A DNA stretch of 64,000 bases, taken from the NCBI GenBank assembly GCA_016713665.1, contig JADJOR010000005.1, positions 103,333 to 167,332 on the forward strand, given 5' to 3'. Origin of the DNA: Deltaproteobacteria bacterium (GTDB lineage Bacteria; Myxococcota_A; UBA9160; UBA4427). A model generated the notes under the pieces. It did not search any database and was not told the origin of the DNA. It saw only the letters and a program-made list of their open reading frames with translations. Shown here in pieces: positions 9,143 through 18,794 of this stretch. Numbering within the stretch: position 1 is the first letter of the stretch; every line of letters starts with the position of its first letter. Position numbers and translations under genes: made by a program.

Positions 9143-9571
9143 CTGGAGCCCGCCCGCGACTACTTCGAGATCCTCGCCCTGCTTGCGCGATACTCGACCG
9201 CGCTCGACACGCGGGACTGGCGATTGATGGACGAGGTCTTCACCGAGGATCTCGTCTACGACGCCGGGGAATGGACGACCCGCTCGCTCGCCGAATACCT
9301 GGGCCGTCTCCGTCCCTATCTCGAAGGCTGCGGCCCGACCCAGCATCTGCTCGGCAACTACCGGGTCGAGCTGGCCGGTGACACCGGACGCAGCGCCGTC
9401 TACGTCCGCGCCTTCCATCGCGGCACGCGCGAGCTCTCGGACACGACCTACGAGATGATGGGCGAGTACCGGGACGAGCTCGTACGCACGCGCGCCGGCT
9501 GGCGGAGTCGCCACCGGACGCTCCGGCTCCACGCGGAGACGGGAACGCGAGCCGTCCTGCGGCCCGCATGA
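9143..9571 (+). CDS. NTF2/SnoaL-like protein (start codon uncertain)
   Basis: The conserved SnoaL-type N-terminal helix (ARDYFEILALLARYSTALDTRDW) is encoded upstream of the first canonical start (TTG 9224). No in-frame ATG/GTG/TTG lies between the upstream stop (9123-9125) and 9224. CTG at 9143 is the only near-cognate candidate. Confidence 0.55.
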   Translation: MEPARDYFEILALLARYSTALDTRDWRLMDEVFTEDLVYDAGEWTTRSLAEYLGRLRPYLEGCGPTQHLLGNYRVELAGDTGRSAVYVRAFHRGTRELSDTTYEMMGEYRDELVRTRAGWRSRHRTLRLHAETGTRAVLRPA

Positions 9572-9622
9572 CGCGAGCGGGCCGTCCGCCCGACGTCGCC
9601 CCTCGCTGAAGGAGACCGTTCG

Positions 9623-10660
9623 ATGACCCGCATCCTCGAAGAGCTCGGCTTCTACGCCCTCGCCGGCCAGCCGAAGTCGCCCCGCGACCTGATCGAAGAG
9701 ATGCGTGAGGGCGAGGCCCTCGGCCTCGGCACGGCCTTCCTGTCCGAGCGCTACAACTCGAAGGAGATCGGGACGCTCTCGGGCGCTGCCGGCGCCGTCA
9801 CCGAACGCATCCGCATCGCGACCGCCGCGACGAACCACAACACGCGCCATCCGATCGTGACCGCGGGCTATGCGCTGACCATGCACGGGCTCACCGGCGG
9901 CCGCTTCGTCCTCGGCGTCGGCCGCGGCATCGTCGCGATGCAGCGCGCCTACGGCATCCCGCCGATCACGACGGCGCAGCTCGAGGACTTCGCGACGCTG
10001 ACGCGCCGGCTGCTGCGCGGCGAGGCGGTGATCGGCCACGACGGGCCGGTCGGGAAGTTCCCCTATCTCCAGCTCGGGCCGAACGTCGCCGACGCGGTCC
10101 CGCTCCTGCTCTGCGCCTTCGGCCCGAACTCCCTGGCCCTGGCCGGCCGCTGCTTCGACGAGGTGGTGCTCCATACCTATTTCACGGAGGAGACGACGGC
10201 GAAGGCGGTGCGGATCGTGAAGGAGTCGGCGGAGAAGGCCGGCCGCGACCCTTCGCGGGTCAAGGTCTGGTCCTGCTTCGCGACGATCGGGGACCACATC
10301 CCGGAGGATCGGCGGCTCATGAAGTCGGTCGGCCGCCTCGCGACCTACCTGCAGGGCTACGGCGATCTGCTCGTCCGGACCAACGGCTGGGATCCCGCCG
10401 TCCTCGCCCGCTTCCGCGCCGATCCGATGATCTCGACCTTCCGCGGCGGGATCGACGTCGTGGCCACGACCGAACAGCTCGAGCACATCGCGACGCTGAT
10501 CCCCGCCGACTGGCTCCGCCATGCGGCGACCGGGAGCCCGACGCAGTGCGTGGCGGCGATCCGCGAACAGCTCGCCCTCGGCTGCGACGGCGTGATCCTC
10601 CACGGGGCGACGCCGGCCGAGCTCGTCCCGATCCTCGAGGCCTATCGCCGGGACGTCTGA
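9623..10660 (+). CDS. LLM-class (luciferase-like) flavin/F420-dependent oxidoreductase
   Basis: 345-aa ORF with SD aaggag upstream. Overall resemblance to luciferase-like monooxygenase TIM-barrel proteins (AFLSERYNSKE, GRFVLGVGRG). Confidence 0.85.
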   Translation: MTRILEELGFYALAGQPKSPRDLIEEMREGEALGLGTAFLSERYNSKEIGTLSGAAGAVTERIRIATAATNHNTRHPIVTAGYALTMHGLTGGRFVLGVGRGIVAMQRAYGIPPITTAQLEDFATLTRRLLRGEAVIGHDGPVGKFPYLQLGPNVADAVPLLLCAFGPNSLALAGRCFDEVVLHTYFTEETTAKAVRIVKESAEKAGRDPSRVKVWSCFATIGDHIPEDRRLMKSVGRLATYLQGYGDLLVRTNGWDPAVLARFRADPMISTFRGGIDVVATTEQLEHIATLIPADWLRHAATGSPTQCVAAIREQLALGCDGVILHGATPAELVPILEAYRRDV

Positions 10661-10879
10661 TCCGGGCGGACCCCGTCCGCACGAGCGCCATTTCCCTCAG
10701 GGATGCGGAAGGTTCGCGGCAAAAGGATCGGTCTCCGGCACGTCGACCGCTCAAGTCGGGTCCCCAAACCTCCGCGAATGGTCACAAAATCTCATCGGGT
10801 TCTTGCCTTACGGCCGACTCGATGGAAGAATCCCCCAGATTTCACGGGTCGACCCCGACAGCTCAAGAGGAACTCCACG

Positions 10880-11503
10880 ATGCGATCGTCCCGAATGAAG
10901 ATGCTCTTTGCTGCCCCGATCCTCCTCGCCCTCGCCCTGGCCGGTGCGGCGAGCGCCGCGTCGATCCAGATGTCGCCCAATCCGGCGACCATCGACGCCT
11001 TCCTCGGGAACGATTTCAGCCTGCGCCTCGACAGCGGCGACAGCACGACGAACATCCTGAACTTCACGGTGACGGGCGGGGGCGGCTGCGGCCTGCTGTG
11101 CCCGTCGACGGCCGTCGCGGCGATCGTCTTCGACGGGGCGACCGTCCTGTCCGCGAACGACACGAACTCGAACATCTTCAGCGCGGGCAACGTCGTCCGA
11201 GGGCTGATCACGCCGGACGGCGCGGTCGCGGGTCTCCTGATCGACCTGAGCGCGCCGAGCTCCGAGGCCTTCTCGCTGAAGCTGAGCTCGACGCCGACGA
11301 CCGCGACGCTCTTCTCGCTCAACCTGGACAGCCTCGATCGCATCCGGACCGCGAGCGACATCGTCGCCAACGTCGTGGACTCGACGCAGCTGACCTTCAG
11401 CGTCCGTGGCGTTTCCGGTTCGGCCGTGCCCGAGCCGAGCGCGGCCCTCGTCTTCGGGATGGGCCTGCTCGTCGCGCACGCGGGACTGCGACCGCGACGC
11501 TAG
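10880..11503 (+). CDS. PEP-CTERM sorting-domain protein (secreted)
   Basis: Signal peptide [27 protein letters not shown]-terminal [25 protein letters not shown] shows the PEP motif, a hydrophobic helix and a basic tail. Start trimmed to ATG 10880. Confidence 0.75.
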   Translation: MRSSRMKMLFAAPILLALALAGAASAASIQMSPNPATIDAFLGNDFSLRLDSGDSTTNILNFTVTGGGGCGLLCPSTAVAAIVFDGATVLSANDTNSNIFSAGNVVRGLITPDGAVAGLLIDLSAPSSEAFSLKLSSTPTTATLFSLNLDSLDRIRTASDIVANVVDSTQLTFSVRGVSGSAVPEPSAALVFGMGLLVAHAGLRPRR

Positions 11504-13299
11504 GCGAACTCGAGCCCGTCGAAGCGGCCCGCGGCGCGCCACTCCCGGTAGAGCCGGAAGAGCGCCTCTGAGCCGTCGGGATGGAAGCCCCCGAACCAGC
11601 CGTCGCCTTCGCCGGGCTTGCCCTCGTTGTTGTAGTAGCTGGGCGTACAGGTCTCGAAGAACTCGGTGCTGCGGCCCTCGCCGGACCGGATCAACGCGAC
11701 CCAGTCGCGCTCGGCGGCCTCGCTCGCCTCGATCTGCGTATGGCCGTGGCGGAGCGCGTGGGCGACGACGAAGGCGAGGTGCTTCGCCTGCTCGTTGATC
11801 GCGTGGGGGATGTTGGGCGTGAGCCCGCTCTGCAGCCCCAGCATGAAGAAGCAGTTCGGGAATCCCCGGCTGTAGAAGCCCTGGAAGGTCGACATCCGAT
11901 CCTTCCACTTCTGCGAGAGCGCGAGACCCCCGCGGCCGACGAGGTCGTAGCCGGCCCGGCGCTGATAGCGGGTCCCGACCTCGAAGCCCGTCGCGAAGAT
12001 CAGGCAATCGACCGGGTACTCGCGCCCCTCGGCGACGACACCCGTCTTCGTGATCCGTTCGACGCCCCTTCCCTGCGTATCGACGAGCTCGACGTTCGGC
12101 CGGTTGAAGGTCGGCAGATATTCGTCGTGGAAGCACGGGCGCTTGCAGAACTGGCGATACCAGGGCTTCAGCGCCTCGGCCGTCGCGGGATCCTCGACGA
12201 TGGACCCGATCCGACTCCGGATGGCCTCCATCTTCGTCATGTCCGCGAGCTCGACCCGGCGCGCGATCTCTTCGGGTGAGAGATCGACCGCGCCCTCGCC
12301 GCGAACGGCGGCCATCAGGATGCGGAAGACGTCGGTCCAGCCGTCGCCGACGAGATCGACCTCCTGGTAGCCTCCGCCGACGAGCGTGTTGAAGTTGTCC
12401 ATGCGCGCCTGCTGCCAGCCCGGCGCGAGCTGCTTCGCGAACTCGGGATCCGTCGGCCGGTTGTGGCGGGCATCGACGGAGGACGGCGTGCGCTGGAAGA
12501 CGGTGAGCCGCTTCGCAAAGGCGCCGAGATGGGGGATGCACTGGATGGCGGTGGCCCCGGTGCCGATGATGCCGACGCGCTTGTCGGCGAGGCGATGGAG
12601 GCCCCCCGTCGTGTCGCCGCCGGTATAGGCGTAGTCCCAGCGGCTCGTGTGGAAGGAATGCCCTTCGAAGCGCTCGACGCCGGGGATGCCGGGGAGCTTC
12701 GGGCGGCTGAGCGGGCCGTTGGCCATGAAGACGAAGCGCGCCCGGATCGCGTCGCCGCGATCGCTCCGGACGATCCAGCGGCGATCCGCCTCGTTCCATT
12801 CGAGGCCCGTCACCTTCGTCTGGAAGCAGGCCTCGTCGTAGAGCCCGTAGTGGCGACCGATCGCCTGGGCATGGGCGAGGATCTCGGGGCCATGGGCGTA
12901 CTTCTCGCTCGGGAGGGTGCCGAGCTCTTCGAGCAGTGGCAAATAGATGTAGGACTCGATGTCGCACTGGGCGCCCGGATAGCGATTCCAGTACCAGGTC
13001 CCACCGAAATCCCCGCCGCTCTCGACGATGCGGATCTTCCCGACCCCGACCTCGCGCAGCCGCGCGCCCGCGAGGAGGCCTCCGAACCCGCCGCCGATGA
13101 TCAGCGCGTCGACCTCGTCCGAGAGCGGCGCGCGCGTGAAGCCCGGCTCGACGTAGGGATCTTCGACGTAGCGCGCGAAGTCGCCCGCGACCTCGCGGTA
13201 CTGCGCGATTCCGTCCGCGCGAAGCCGCTTGTCGCGCTCCGCGCGATACCGGGCGCGCAGCGCCTCGAGGTCGAAGGCCGGCTCGTGCGTCGCGCTCAT
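11500..13299 (-). CDS. Baeyer-Villiger (type I flavin-dependent) monooxygenase
   Basis: 599-aa ORF. FAD motif [13 protein letters not shown] fingerprint [12 protein letters not shown], and NADPH motif [11 protein letters not shown]. Confidence 0.9.
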   Translation of the reverse strand: MSATHEPAFDLEALRARYRAERDKRLRADGIAQYREVAGDFARYVEDPYVEPGFTRAPLSDEVDALIIGGGFGGLLAGARLREVGVGKIRIVESGGDFGGTWYWNRYPGAQCDIESYIYLPLLEELGTLPSEKYAHGPEILAHAQAIGRHYGLYDEACFQTKVTGLEWNEADRRWIVRSDRGDAIRARFVFMANGPLSRPKLPGIPGVERFEGHSFHTSRWDYAYTGGDTTGGLHRLADKRVGIIGTGATAIQCIPHLGAFAKRLTVFQRTPSSVDARHNRPTDPEFAKQLAPGWQQARMDNFNTLVGGGYQEVDLVGDGWTDVFRILMAAVRGEGAVDLSPEEIARRVELADMTKMEAIRSRIGSIVEDPATAEALKPWYRQFCKRPCFHDEYLPTFNRPNVELVDTQGRGVERITKTGVVAEGREYPVDCLIFATGFEVGTRYQRRAGYDLVGRGGLALSQKWKDRMSTFQGFYSRGFPNCFFMLGLQSGLTPNIPHAINEQAKHLAFVVAHALRHGHTQIEASEAAERDWVALIRSGEGRSTEFFETCTPSYYNNEGKPGEGDGWFGGFHPDGSEALFRLYREWRAAGRFDGLEFA

Positions 13300-13341
13300 T
13301 CGTCGCTACTCATGCGTCGAGGCTCATTTGTCGAGGCTCAT
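13296..13341 (-). other. Relay of three 5-codon mini-ORFs (MSLDK*, MSLDA*, MSSDE*), each overlapping the next by ATGA, linking the LEH-like stop to the BVMO start
   Basis: Minus strand reads GACAAATGAGCCTCGACAAATGAGCCTCGACGCATGAGTAGCGACGAATGAGCGCG. The period is 14 nt, with two perfect 14-nt copies at 13317-13330 and 13331-13344. Confidence 0.5.
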
Positions 13342-13811
13342 TTGTCGAGATAGTCCGTCCACTCGACGATCTTGCCGTTCTTCACGACGAAGACGCCGAC
13401 GACCGGGAAGACCTGGTCCGGCTGGTCCTTCGTCTTCAGCGTGTCGACCCGCTTGTTCAGGACGACCGGACCGTGGACCGTCGTGCGGAGCGTCTTCACG
13501 TGGAGCGTCACGCCCGGCTTCATGAAGCCCTTGAACGCGTCCGCGACGGCCTTCTGTCCGACGATCGCGGGCTTGTCCTCCTCCATCCGGACCGAAGCTT
13601 CGGGCGCCAGGAAGGTCGCGGCCTTGTCCGGGTCGCTCCAGGCGGCGATGAAGTCGTCGACGACCTTGACGTTGGCCCGCTCGGTCTTGTTGCCCGCGAC
13701 GTCGGCCTCGGCCCGGGGCGCCAGGCCGAACATGAGCCCGAGCGCGGCGAAGGCGACGAGCGCGACGGTTGCCGAACGATGTCCCTGCGACGACCCGATC
13801 CGTTGCGTCAT
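13338..13811 (-). CDS. Limonene-1,2-epoxide hydrolase-like NTF2-fold protein with signal peptide
   Basis: 157-aa ORF. N-terminal hydrophobic signal (ATVALVAFAALGLMFGLAPRAEA). LEH-like pattern VVDDFIAAWSDPD ... PVVGVFVVKNGKIVEWTDYLD. Confidence 0.7.
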   Translation of the reverse strand: MTQRIGSSQGHRSATVALVAFAALGLMFGLAPRAEADVAGNKTERANVKVVDDFIAAWSDPDKAATFLAPEASVRMEEDKPAIVGQKAVADAFKGFMKPGVTLHVKTLRTTVHGPVVLNKRVDTLKTKDQPDQVFPVVGVFVVKNGKIVEWTDYLDK

Positions 13812-14238
13812 GATTCGATCCCCCTCATTGGAAGCGGTTTGCCGGAATCGGCGAGGCCGACTCTAGCCAGCGCGGCCTTCGACCGCGATCGGCGGGGCGA
13901 TCGGTGTCGCGATCGCCCGACCGCGGGGGCTGCCGGGGGAGTGGGTTGCCCGGCAGCCCCGTTGGTGTGGCGGACGCGGGTGTCGCTCTCGATGAGAGTT
14001 GAAGAGCCGAGCCGGGATCGCCAGCGCCCGCAATCTACCGCGCGTTCCCCCGCCCGTGGGCGACGAGTCCGCGGCAATCTCGCGGCGCAATGCGAAGAAA
14101 TGCGGGGGATCCATCCGCATCGGCGCGGCTCGGATCGAATCGGTGCACGTCGGATCAGATCGGCCTGCGAGGACGAAGCGCAGGGATGCCGACCGAGGGG
14201 ACGCGCACCGATCGGTCGCGCCCTCTCGCCCGCCGCGC

Positions 14239-14841
14239 CTACTTCTCGTGGAGCTTCTGGCCGTACTTCGCGAGGTAGTGGTAGTCGAACTTCGGATCCT
14301 CGCGCTTGTGCTCGTTGAGCTCGTAGATGCGCTCGTACTTCGTGTCCGCGATGAGCCACTTCCCGTCGATCTTCTTGTAGCGGTCCCAGTAGATCGCGGT
14401 CCCGGTCGTGAAGTTCTTGTTGCTCATGATCCACATGTTGTCCGCCAGGTACCAGACGCCCGTCGCCTCGTCGGGAGACAGGATCTCGATCTCGGGGTGG
14501 TGGCCGTTGTGGTGGCCGACCGAGCGGGTGTGGAACGACTGGGTCAGGGCGGCGACGTAGTTGTCGCGGCCCTCGAGCTTCCATTCGTAGGTGCCCCCGA
14601 TGAAGTGGAGCTTCACGTCGGGATGGAAGAGCGTCTCGATCTCTTCGAAGTTGCCCGTATCGAGGCAGCGGAAGTAGGCGTGCTTGACGCGGCGGATCGC
14701 CTCGATGTCGAGGAGCATCTGGATCGCCTTGCGCAGCGCGCGCGGGCTCTCGTCGGCGACCTCGAGGGGCCAGCCGTCCACGATGCCCATGCCCTTCTTC
14801 GTCAGCGAGGGATTGGTCCCCGGTCGTCCTGCAGTCGCCAT
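14239..14841 (-). CDS. NTF2 family (SnoaL_4-like) protein
   Basis: 200-aa ORF with SD ggagga 6 nt upstream. Pattern LDIEAIRRVKHAYFRCLDTGNFEE ... YWDRYKKIDGKWLI is typical of SnoaL_4/bile-acid-dehydratase-like proteins. Confidence 0.75.
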   Translation of the reverse strand: MATAGRPGTNPSLTKKGMGIVDGWPLEVADESPRALRKAIQMLLDIEAIRRVKHAYFRCLDTGNFEEIETLFHPDVKLHFIGGTYEWKLEGRDNYVAALTQSFHTRSVGHHNGHHPEIEILSPDEATGVWYLADNMWIMSNKNFTTGTAIYWDRYKKIDGKWLIADTKYERIYELNEHKREDPKFDYHYLAKYGQKLHEK

Positions 14842-14898
14842 CGCACATCCTCCACGATCGCCGGCGGGGCTCGACCCGCGACGCGTCGAGGCGCGACT

Positions 14899-17253
14899 CT
14901 ACCGCTTCGGACTCCCCGACGGACCACCCGGTCCCGCCTTTCGGCGGGCCTTCTTGTAGGGGTCGAAGCCGCCGGCCCCGCGCTCGGGCCTCGCGTCGGA
15001 GCCCGGGCGGTGGGGAGTCTTGAAGGCGCGCTTGGGCCCGCCGGGCCCCGACGCGGCGAACCCGGGCTTCGGCTTGCGTGCGTGGGCCGGCGCGCTCTTG
15101 CGATCGCGCGGCGCACCGGGTCCGCTCTCCTCGGGCGCTCGCCCCCGATCGGCCCAGAACGGCGCACGCTCGCGCGTCCCGCCCTTGCCCGCGACGCGCC
15201 GCACCTGGAAGGGCGGCTTGTCTGCACCGCGACGATCGAAGGCCTTCGCGGCCTCCTCGGCGACCGGATGACGCTTCGGTCCGGCATGCGGGCGGCGCTC
15301 GGTGGGACGCGCGCTGGCGGGGCGGCTCGCGGCGTGTCGACCCGCAGCGGGACCGGTCGGGCGGTCGGACGAGCGGGCGGAGGAGCGCTCGGGCGAACGC
15401 TCGGCGTCGCGATCGAAGGAACGGGGCGCACGTTGGGCGATCGGCCGCGCGGCCGCGCGGCTGCGCTCGGCGGACTCGGCGCGCGCGCGTTCGATCAAAA
15501 TGCCGGGATCGCGCTCGTCGGGCTCGCGCGTGCGCGCCTCGAAGGCCTCCGCGACCTCGTTCGCGACCTCGACGATCGAGTTCTTCGCGAAGACGCGGAT
15601 CGCGCCGATCTGATCGCTCGTGATCCCGCCGCGGCGACAGACGTGCGACAGGAGCCGCGGTGTCGTCGCCCCCACGCGCTCGCCATAGCTCACGACGAAC
15701 GGCGTGAACGAGCCCGGCGGACGGCGCTCGGCGCGGGGCGCGCGGGCGGGGCGCTCGAACTCGCCCGATCGGCCGTCGCGGGACTTGGCGCCGCGCTTGC
15801 CCCGACCCTCGTCGACGTACGGATCGAGGCCCTGGACCTCCATCGGCGCCCGCGGCGGCATCGGCTTCGCGAGCTCGAGCAGCGTCGCCACGACCTCGAT
15901 CGGATCGCGCTCGCTCAGGAGCTCCTTCGCGGCCATGCGCTGGGACTCGGTCGGGGACGCCTCTTCGAGGCGCGTGGCGAGGGCGCGTTGCGCCTGGTCG
16001 TCGAGGGCACGCTCCACCACCTCCCGCGTCGGGACCCGCTGCCAGGAGACCGCGACCCGCGTCGCCGACAGCATGCGACCGACCTTGCGCGACTCGCTGC
16101 CCTCGACGAGCAGGATGCTGCGGCCGGCCCGGCCTGCGCGGCCGGTGCGACCGCTGCGATGGACGTAGGCGTCGGGGTTCTTGGGCGGATCGACGTGGAT
16201 GACGGCGCTGATCTCGGGGACGTCGATGCCGCGGGCGGCCACGTCCGTCGAGACGAGGATCGGCAGGATGCCGTTGCGGAAGGCCGCGAGGGTCCGCGTG
16301 CGCTGCGCCTGGGGCAGCTCGCCGCTGAAGGGCGCCGCGCCGAAGCCGTCGGCGGCGAGCTTCTCGGCGAGCTCGGTCGCGTCGACGCGCCGGTTCACGA
16401 AGAGCAGGCAGCGCGAGTCCCCGGCCAGGAGCAGGACGTTGATCAGCGCGGGATAGGTCTCGTGTCGCCGGATGGTGTAGGCGACGTGCTCGATGTCGGG
16501 ATTCGCGAGGCCGAGCTTCGTCCCCTCGAGCGTCATCGCGTCGCGCTGGAAGCGATTGGCCAGCGCCTTCACCGCATGCGGGAAGGTCGCCGACACGAGA
16601 TGCGACGAGCGCTTCTCCGGGAGCTGCTCGAGGATCGCGTCGAGCTCGTCCTTGAAGCCCATGTCGAGCATCTGGTCGGCTTCGTCGAGGATCACGTGCT
16701 CGACGACATCACAGGCGAGCGCGCCGTTGCGCATGTGGTCGAGCAGCCGACCCGGCGTCCCGACCACGAAGGCGGGGCGGCGCGAGAGCGCGATCCGCTC
16801 GCGCCCGATCGCGGTTCCGCCCGTCACGACCTCGACGGTCGCCCCGGGCAGCTCGGCGAAGAGCCAGCGCAGCTCCTCGCGCACCTGCGCCGCGAGCTCC
16901 CGCGTCGGCACGACCACGAGCGCCCGCGGATGCGCCGCCGGATCACCGGGCGCCCGGGTTGCGGGCTCGGCCGGCCGCTCGAGGAAATGCGTCGCGAGGG
17001 CGAGGCCGATCGCGACCGTCTTGCCCGAGCCCGTCTGGGACGAGATGCGCAGGTCGCGGCCTTCGTGCTCGGCCTCGACGACGGCGCGCTGGACGGCGGT
17101 CAATTCGGTGAAGCCCCGCCTGGCGAGGGCCCGGGCGATCGGCGCCGGAAGATCGGAGAAGAGCTCGGGGGCCTCCGTCGGGATCGTCGGCAGGTCCGTC
17201 GTCGGGGCCGTGGGGATGTTCTCAGGCAGGTTCGTAGGCGGATTCGTAGGCAT
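14899..17253 (-). CDS. DEAD-box ATP-dependent RNA helicase with DbpA-type RNA-binding domain and long Arg/Pro/Gly-rich C-terminal tail
   Basis: 784-aa ORF. Motifs: I SQTGSGKT, II DEAD (ILDEADQML), III SAT, VI HRSGRTGRAG. The C-terminal roughly 250 aa are basic and low-complexity. Confidence 0.9.
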   Translation of the reverse strand: MPTNPPTNLPENIPTAPTTDLPTIPTEAPELFSDLPAPIARALARRGFTELTAVQRAVVEAEHEGRDLRISSQTGSGKTVAIGLALATHFLERPAEPATRAPGDPAAHPRALVVVPTRELAAQVREELRWLFAELPGATVEVVTGGTAIGRERIALSRRPAFVVGTPGRLLDHMRNGALACDVVEHVILDEADQMLDMGFKDELDAILEQLPEKRSSHLVSATFPHAVKALANRFQRDAMTLEGTKLGLANPDIEHVAYTIRRHETYPALINVLLLAGDSRCLLFVNRRVDATELAEKLAADGFGAAPFSGELPQAQRTRTLAAFRNGILPILVSTDVAARGIDVPEISAVIHVDPPKNPDAYVHRSGRTGRAGRAGRSILLVEGSESRKVGRMLSATRVAVSWQRVPTREVVERALDDQAQRALATRLEEASPTESQRMAAKELLSERDPIEVVATLLELAKPMPPRAPMEVQGLDPYVDEGRGKRGAKSRDGRSGEFERPARAPRAERRPPGSFTPFVVSYGERVGATTPRLLSHVCRRGGITSDQIGAIRVFAKNSIVEVANEVAEAFEARTREPDERDPGILIERARAESAERSRAAARPIAQRAPRSFDRDAERSPERSSARSSDRPTGPAAGRHAASRPASARPTERRPHAGPKRHPVAEEAAKAFDRRGADKPPFQVRRVAGKGGTRERAPFWADRGRAPEESGPGAPRDRKSAPAHARKPKPGFAASGPGGPKRAFKTPHRPGSDARPERGAGGFDPYKKARRKAGPGGPSGSPKR

Positions 17254-17493
17254 AGTCGGGTTTCGTCGGCGGGTCGGGCGAGGCTGCCGCGCCGAGGGCG
17301 GTGGCCATCATCCGACCGGAGCCGGGCGGGGATTCCAGTCGGGCTTTTTCGGAGATTGAGGGGGGTCGAAGGAGGTAGTCGGCGTGGGAGCGCCGCGCAC
17401 CTTAGCACAGCCCCGCCCCGACCGGCGCGGCCCGGCACCGCCGCCTGGGCCCCGAGCGACGAGCTCCATCCCCCCGAACCGCCCTCCGCAACC

Positions 17494-18723
17494 TCAGACC
17501 GGAAGATCCCCCGTCGCCGCCTTGACCGAGCCCGACCGGGTCCATGCCTGGATCGTCCGCTCCGCGATGCGCCATTGATGCACCTCGTCTGCACCATCGG
17601 CGAAGCGCGCCCAGCGCGCCTGGGTCGCCATCTTCGCGAGCGGGGTATCGGTCGAATAACCGAGGGCGCCGTGGACCTGGATCGCCCGATCGATGATCCG
17701 GTTCAGCGCGTTCGCCACGAAGTGTTTGGCCATCGAGACCTCGCTCTTGAAGTCGAGGCCGCGATCGATCTTGTAGGCGGCGTGGAGCACCATCAGCTTC
17801 GCCTGATAGAGCTCCATCGTGCTGTCGGCGATCATCCACTGGATGCCCTGCTTCTCCGCCAGGAGCGAGCCGTGGGCGAAGCGGTGGAGCGAGCGCTCGA
17901 CCATCATCTCGAGGGCCGTCTCGGCCTGGCCGATCCAGCGCATGCAGTGGGCGAGGCGCGCGGGGCCGAGGCGCGCCTGGCCGAGCAGATGGCCCTGTCC
18001 GCGGCCGCCGAGCAGCGCGTCGCCCGGCAGGCGCAGGTTCGTGATGCGGATCTCGCAGTGGTTGTGGGCGCCGCTCATCGTCTCGACGTCGCGCACGATC
18101 TCCCATCCCTCGCTCGGCAGATCGACGAGGAAGGCGCTGTTGCCGGCCTGGGGGATCTCGGGGTCGTCCTCGGTCCGCGCGATCAGGATCGCGAAGCCGG
18201 CGCCGCGGGCGCCCGAGATGAACCATTTATGGCCGTTCACGAGCCAGCCGTCGCCGTCTTGCACCGCCCGCGTCTCGATCAGCGTCGGGTCGGAGCCCGC
18301 GACCTCGGGCTCGGTCATCGCGAAGCACGAGCGGATCGTGCCCTCGCATAACGGCTCGAGGTACTTCTTCTTCTGCGTGGGGCTCGCCCAGTGGAGCAGC
18401 GTGTGCATGTTGCCCTCGTCGGGGGCCTGGGCGTTGAGCGCGAAGGGGCCGAAGCTGCTCTTCTTCGCGGCCTCGGCGGAGACGGCGGCCATCGCGACGT
18501 GGCCGAGGCCCATGCCGCCGTACGCCTCCGGCATGTGGGGCAGCCAGAGCCCCCACTCCTTCGCCGCCCTGCGCATGGCGACGATCTGGCGGACGAGGAC
18601 CTTGCGATCCCCCTCGTTCGCCTCGATCTCCTGCTGGGCCGGCGCGACGACCTCGTCGCAGAACCGGCGCACACGCTCGACGATGAAGGTCACTTCTTCG
18701 GGGAAGCTGAAATCGATGGCCAT
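17494..18723 (-). CDS. Acyl-CoA dehydrogenase family protein
   Basis: C-terminal 409 aa of the 889-aa track ORF, starting at ATG 18721-18723 (MAIDFSFPEEV). ACAD pattern CFAMTEPEVAGSD ... QVHGALGYSTDTPLAKM. Confidence 0.9.
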   Translation of the reverse strand: MAIDFSFPEEVTFIVERVRRFCDEVVAPAQQEIEANEGDRKVLVRQIVAMRRAAKEWGLWLPHMPEAYGGMGLGHVAMAAVSAEAAKKSSFGPFALNAQAPDEGNMHTLLHWASPTQKKKYLEPLCEGTIRSCFAMTEPEVAGSDPTLIETRAVQDGDGWLVNGHKWFISGARGAGFAILIARTEDDPEIPQAGNSAFLVDLPSEGWEIVRDVETMSGAHNHCEIRITNLRLPGDALLGGRGQGHLLGQARLGPARLAHCMRWIGQAETALEMMVERSLHRFAHGSLLAEKQGIQWMIADSTMELYQAKLMVLHAAYKIDRGLDFKSEVSMAKHFVANALNRIIDRAIQVHGALGYSTDTPLAKMATQARWARFADGADEVHQWRIAERTIQAWTRSGSVKAATGDLPV

Positions 18724-18794
18724 GGGGCGATCTCCGATCGGCGACGCGGTCGCGCCGGAACGACGGTAGCGCCGGATCGGATGCCGGAACCGGG

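Noticed and set aside
10808-12967. 719-aa minus-strand ORF overlapping the PEP-CTERM gene and the BVMO
   Set aside because: It is in a different frame from the BVMO, whose fingerprint motifs are unambiguous. The translation is Arg/Pro/Gly-rich.
13999-18351. 1450-aa + strand ORF, the longest in the track
   Set aside because: It lies antisense to the DEAD-box helicase and acyl-CoA dehydrogenase genes, which carry clear motifs. Its product is Arg/Ala/Gly/Pro-rich with no recognisable domain. This is a typical high-GC shadow ORF.
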